From Gemmatimonadota bacterium (GTDB taxonomy: Bacteria; Gemmatimonadota; Gemmatimonadetes; JACCXV01; JAHWKZ01), in NCBI GenBank assembly GCA_019347645.1, contig JAHWKZ010000003.1:1-38951 (forward strand): a stretch of 38,951 nt of DNA, in the 5' to 3' direction. Shown one piece after another: positions 36,182 to 38,951 of this stretch; the stretch's first letter is position 1, and every line of letters starts with the position of its first letter. Under the pieces are notes generated by a model. The model was not told the origin of the DNA and searched no databases. It saw only the letters and a list, made by a program, of their open reading frames with translations. The translations under genes and the position numbers were made by a program.

Positions 36182-36709
36182 TCAACCTTTTTCTCCGAGG
36201 TCGAGCTTCTCCAGCTCGCCCCATCGCGAGTCCACCGTCTCCACGGTGCAACTGCATTCCTTCTCGTTGCGGTTCGTGCCGCAGACGGGGCAGATGCCCT
36301 TGCACTCCTCCCGGCAGACGGGATACCGCTCGGTCTCGAGGAACAGCCGGTCGCGAACCTGGCGGTCGATCTCGATCCCCGCCGCGCCGCGATCGATCCA
36401 CACGATGTCGTCGTCGCCCGGCTCGTCGGACTCCTCGGCGTCCCGCCCGGGCTCCTGGAACACCGTCCGGAACGTCTCGTCGATCTCGACGGCGGTCGGC
36501 ACCAGGCACCGGCGGCACGGCTCCAACGCCGTTCCCCGAATGCGGGCGGTCATCACGAACGTCCGCTGCGCCGGGTGGACGAGCTCGACGTCGACCCCGA
36601 TCGGCTCGCGGATCTCGAAGTCGTATCCTTCGAGGACCGGATGGTCGGGACCGATCTCGAAGCGCTCCTCGAGCCGCCCCTCCCGGAGTTTGGTCAGGTC
36701 TAGTCGCAT
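36182..36709 (-). CDS. DUF177/YceD family protein
   Basis: CRRCL, CREECKGICPVCG, DSRWGEL; upstream of rpmF. Confidence 0.93.
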   Translation of the reverse strand: MRLDLTKLREGRLEERFEIGPDHPVLEGYDFEIREPIGVDVELVHPAQRTFVMTARIRGTALEPCRRCLVPTAVEIDETFRTVFQEPGRDAEESDEPGDDDIVWIDRGAAGIEIDRQVRDRLFLETERYPVCREECKGICPVCGTNRNEKECSCTVETVDSRWGELEKLDLGEKG

Positions 36710-36759
36710 GAACGGTCGAAAATACCGCTCCGCCGAGGCGGCATCAAACCGAACGGACG

Positions 36760-37224
36760 CTACGGCAGGACCTCCCGCTCGCCCACGTCCCGCGAACCCG
36801 CCCCGCCCGCAGGCGCCGATCGCCCGAAGAAGAAGTCGATCTCGCGCGCGGCGTTCTCGGGGGAGTCGGAAGCGTGGATGGCGTTGCGCTCCACCGATTC
36901 GGCGTAGAGCCGGCGCACGGTGCCCTCCTCCGCCTCCTCCGGGTCCGTCGCGCCGATCGTCTCGCGGAGCGCCGAGATCGCGTCCTCGCGCTCCAGGACC
37001 ATCGGCACGCAGGGACCGCTCGTCATGAACTCCACCAGGGAGCCGTAGAACGGCCGCCCGGCGTGGACCTCGTAGAAGCGACGCGCCTCGGCCGTGGAGA
37101 GTCGCTCCATTCGCATCTCCTTCACCTCGAAACCGGCGCCCTCGAGATGTGCGAGGACCTTGCCGATCCGGCTCCTCGACACCACGTCCGGCTTGATGAT
37201 CGCGAGGGTTCGCTCCACGGCCAT
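36760..37224 (-). CDS. ndk: Nucleoside diphosphate kinase
   Basis: ERTLAIIKPD, FMTSGP, GATDP, NAIHASDS. Confidence 0.98.
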   Translation of the reverse strand: MAVERTLAIIKPDVVSRSRIGKVLAHLEGAGFEVKEMRMERLSTAEARRFYEVHAGRPFYGSLVEFMTSGPCVPMVLEREDAISALRETIGATDPEEAEEGTVRRLYAESVERNAIHASDSPENAAREIDFFFGRSAPAGGAGSRDVGEREVLP

Positions 37225-37269
37225 GCAGGGACTCCTTTCGAGGGATTCGGTGCGACCGCCGGGGCCGGA

Positions 37270-38163
37270 TCAGAACTGGAGCAGTTTCCGGATCAGCGAG
37301 CGCCGGGAGATCAGTCCGACCCACCGGCCGTCCTTGGTGAGCGGGAGCGGGTCGACGTTCTTGTTCACGATGATCGACGCAGCCTCGGAGATCGACGCGT
37401 CGGTGGGAAGGCACATGACCGCCTTGCTCATCACGTCCTTCACCGACTTTCCCTCACCGGGCTGATCGATGTCGCCGTCCCCCTCGAAGGCGCGGAGGTA
37501 GCCCGGCAGGAAGGAGCGGATCAGGTCCTTCTCGCTGATCATCCCGAGGATCTCGTCGCGCTTGTTGACCACGGGGAGGCCGGAGTGGCGGCCGCGGGCC
37601 ATGATCCGCGCCGCGTCGCGAAGGTCCATGTCGGGATAGACCCGCGCCGACGCGGGATCCATCACGTCCACCACGCTCAGCTTCTGGATCCGCTGGGCCC
37701 CCGCAATGGCCTCGAGGTCGGCGATCTCCTCGGCGGTCCTCGCGGCCTCGATCGCTTCGATCACGCCTTCGGTCCGGAGCATGTGCGCGGTGGTGGCGAC
37801 CTCCTCCAGATAACCGCTGCCGGCCCCCTTCGAGGCGGCCACCAGCGCGAAGACGCGACCGCGGGTCTCCTCGCCCTCGGTGGGAACCCGGAGTGGCTTC
37901 TCGGTCACCCCGAGCACGACGAGCGTTCCGTCCACGGCCTCCGACCGCAGGTGCGGCAGGAACGCCCCTCCGCCCAGGGCCAGCGTGTCGTCCCCGCCCA
38001 GTCCCGAGATCTCCTTCAGGAGCCGCTCGCGGTCCACCACGTTCGGCTGCGCCGCCGCGAACTCGCCCAGCTCGTCCAGCAGCTCGGCGTACGAGGTCGC
38101 CTCGAGCCGGGGCACGATCCGCGAGGCATCGAGCGTCGGCCGCGATGGCCTACGCGCGGGCAA
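37270..38163 (-). CDS. PTS EIIA(Fru/Ntr)-like domain + tandem CBS domain protein (start uncertain)
   Basis: N-terminal [15 protein letters not shown]; C-terminal [16 protein letters not shown] and [13 protein letters not shown]. Confidence 0.8.
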   Translation of the reverse strand: MPARRPSRPTLDASRIVPRLEATSYAELLDELGEFAAAQPNVVDRERLLKEISGLGGDDTLALGGGAFLPHLRSEAVDGTLVVLGVTEKPLRVPTEGEETRGRVFALVAASKGAGSGYLEEVATTAHMLRTEGVIEAIEAARTAEEIADLEAIAGAQRIQKLSVVDVMDPASARVYPDMDLRDAARIMARGRHSGLPVVNKRDEILGMISEKDLIRSFLPGYLRAFEGDGDIDQPGEGKSVKDVMSKAVMCLPTDASISEAASIIVNKNVDPLPLTKDGRWVGLISRRSLIRKLLQF

Positions 38164-38737
38164 GGGCCCCCTCCACCAATCCGACGATCTCGGCCGGCCG
38201 CTCGGCCACCTCTATCCCGTGCTCGCGGAAGGCGGCGATCTTCTCCGCGGCCGTCCCCTCGCTGCCGGAGATGATCGCTCCGGCATGTCCCATCCGGCGT
38301 CCCGGCGGCGCGGTCCGGCCGGCGATGAAGCCGACCACCGGGATCGACATCTCGGAGTCGACCCAGGCGGCGGCCTCCTGCTCGTCGGTGCCGCCGATCT
38401 CGCCGATCATCACCACCGCGTCGGTGTCGGGATCGCCCTCGAAGAGCTCGAGGGCGTCGATGAAGGTGGTGCCGATGATCGGGTCGCCGCCGATCCCGAT
38501 GCAGGTCGACTGGCCGAGATCGGCGCCGGTCAGGTGGTGGATCACCTCGTAGGTCAGCGTGCCGCTCCTCGAGACCAGACCGATCCGGCCGGGCTTCACG
38601 ATCTGGCCCGGCAGGATCCCCACCTTGCACTTGCCCGGGCTGATCAACCCGGGGCAGTTCGGACCCACCAGCCGCGCGCCCCGGTCGCGCACGAAGGCCA
38701 TCGCCTTCGTCATGTCGAGGACCGGGATCCCCTCGGT
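38150..38737 (-). CDS. sucD: Succinate--CoA ligase alpha subunit, C-terminal two-thirds only
   Basis: [42 protein letters not shown]. Confidence 0.93.
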   Translation of the reverse strand, partial: TEGIPVLDMTKAMAFVRDRGARLVGPNCPGLISPGKCKVGILPGQIVKPGRIGLVSRSGTLTYEVIHHLTGADLGQSTCIGIGGDPIIGTTFIDALELFEGDPDTDAVVMIGEIGGTDEQEAAAWVDSEMSIPVVGFIAGRTAPPGRRMGHAGAIISGSEGTAAEKIAAFREHGIEVAERPAEIVGLVEGALARA

Positions 38738-38951
38738 GAGCAGCGAGGCGAAGGCCAGCGCCTCGGCGTGGGCCCAGTCGATCCCGCCCTCCGGGCCCAC
38801 GGCCTCGCGGCGGCGCTCGAGCTGCTTGACCAGCTTGGGGTGGATCGTGAAGCCCTCGGGGACCTGCAGCAGCTCCTCGTTGATGCTGCGCAGCCGGTCG
38901 CCCGAGACGGCGGTCTTCACATCGGGGCTGGGGGAGCGGTCGAGCTGGTAC
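38720..38951 (-). other. sucA: Internal fragment of 2-oxoglutarate dehydrogenase E1 joined in frame to sucD (probable chimera)
   Basis: [40 protein letters not shown]. Confidence 0.8.

Overview
High-GC bacterial chromosome segment, almost entirely on the minus strand. The lineage cannot be fixed from sequence alone; Gemmatimonadota-like is a guess. Most of it is housekeeping: rluB'-scpB-scpA-trpS-site-2 protease, rpsT, DegV, class II aldolase, rtcB+archease, hydantoinase/oxoprolinase A/B, rhomboid, tRNA-Leu(GAG)-secG-tpiA-pgk-gap, comF, ywlE/tsaC-like, purB/purE, MTAP, rnc, fabF-acpP-fabG-fabD-fabH-plsX-rpmF-yceD, ndk, EIIA-CBS and sucD'. Embedded at about 7.4-15.2 kb is a self-contained signalling locus that I do not recognise as described. 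A sigma-54 activator is followed by two related modules. Each module has ACG-N3-CGT enhancer-like boxes, a -24/-12 promoter and a c-di-GMP-I riboswitch (predicted translational ON), then ZU5-like lipoprotein genes ending in HF|S-[RL]YA[LI]C-xx and a stand-alone Asn-ladder TPR protein. One module also carries a TPR-HD-GYP phosphodiesterase and an unannotated 20-aa micro-ORF (11534-11596) that ends in the same RYALCVR heptapeptide as two of the lipoproteins. My inference is an autoproteolysis-released peptide / TPR receptor / c-di-GMP feedback circuit. The right end (sucA fragment joined to sucD) and a short stretch in one TPR gene look like assembly chimeras.
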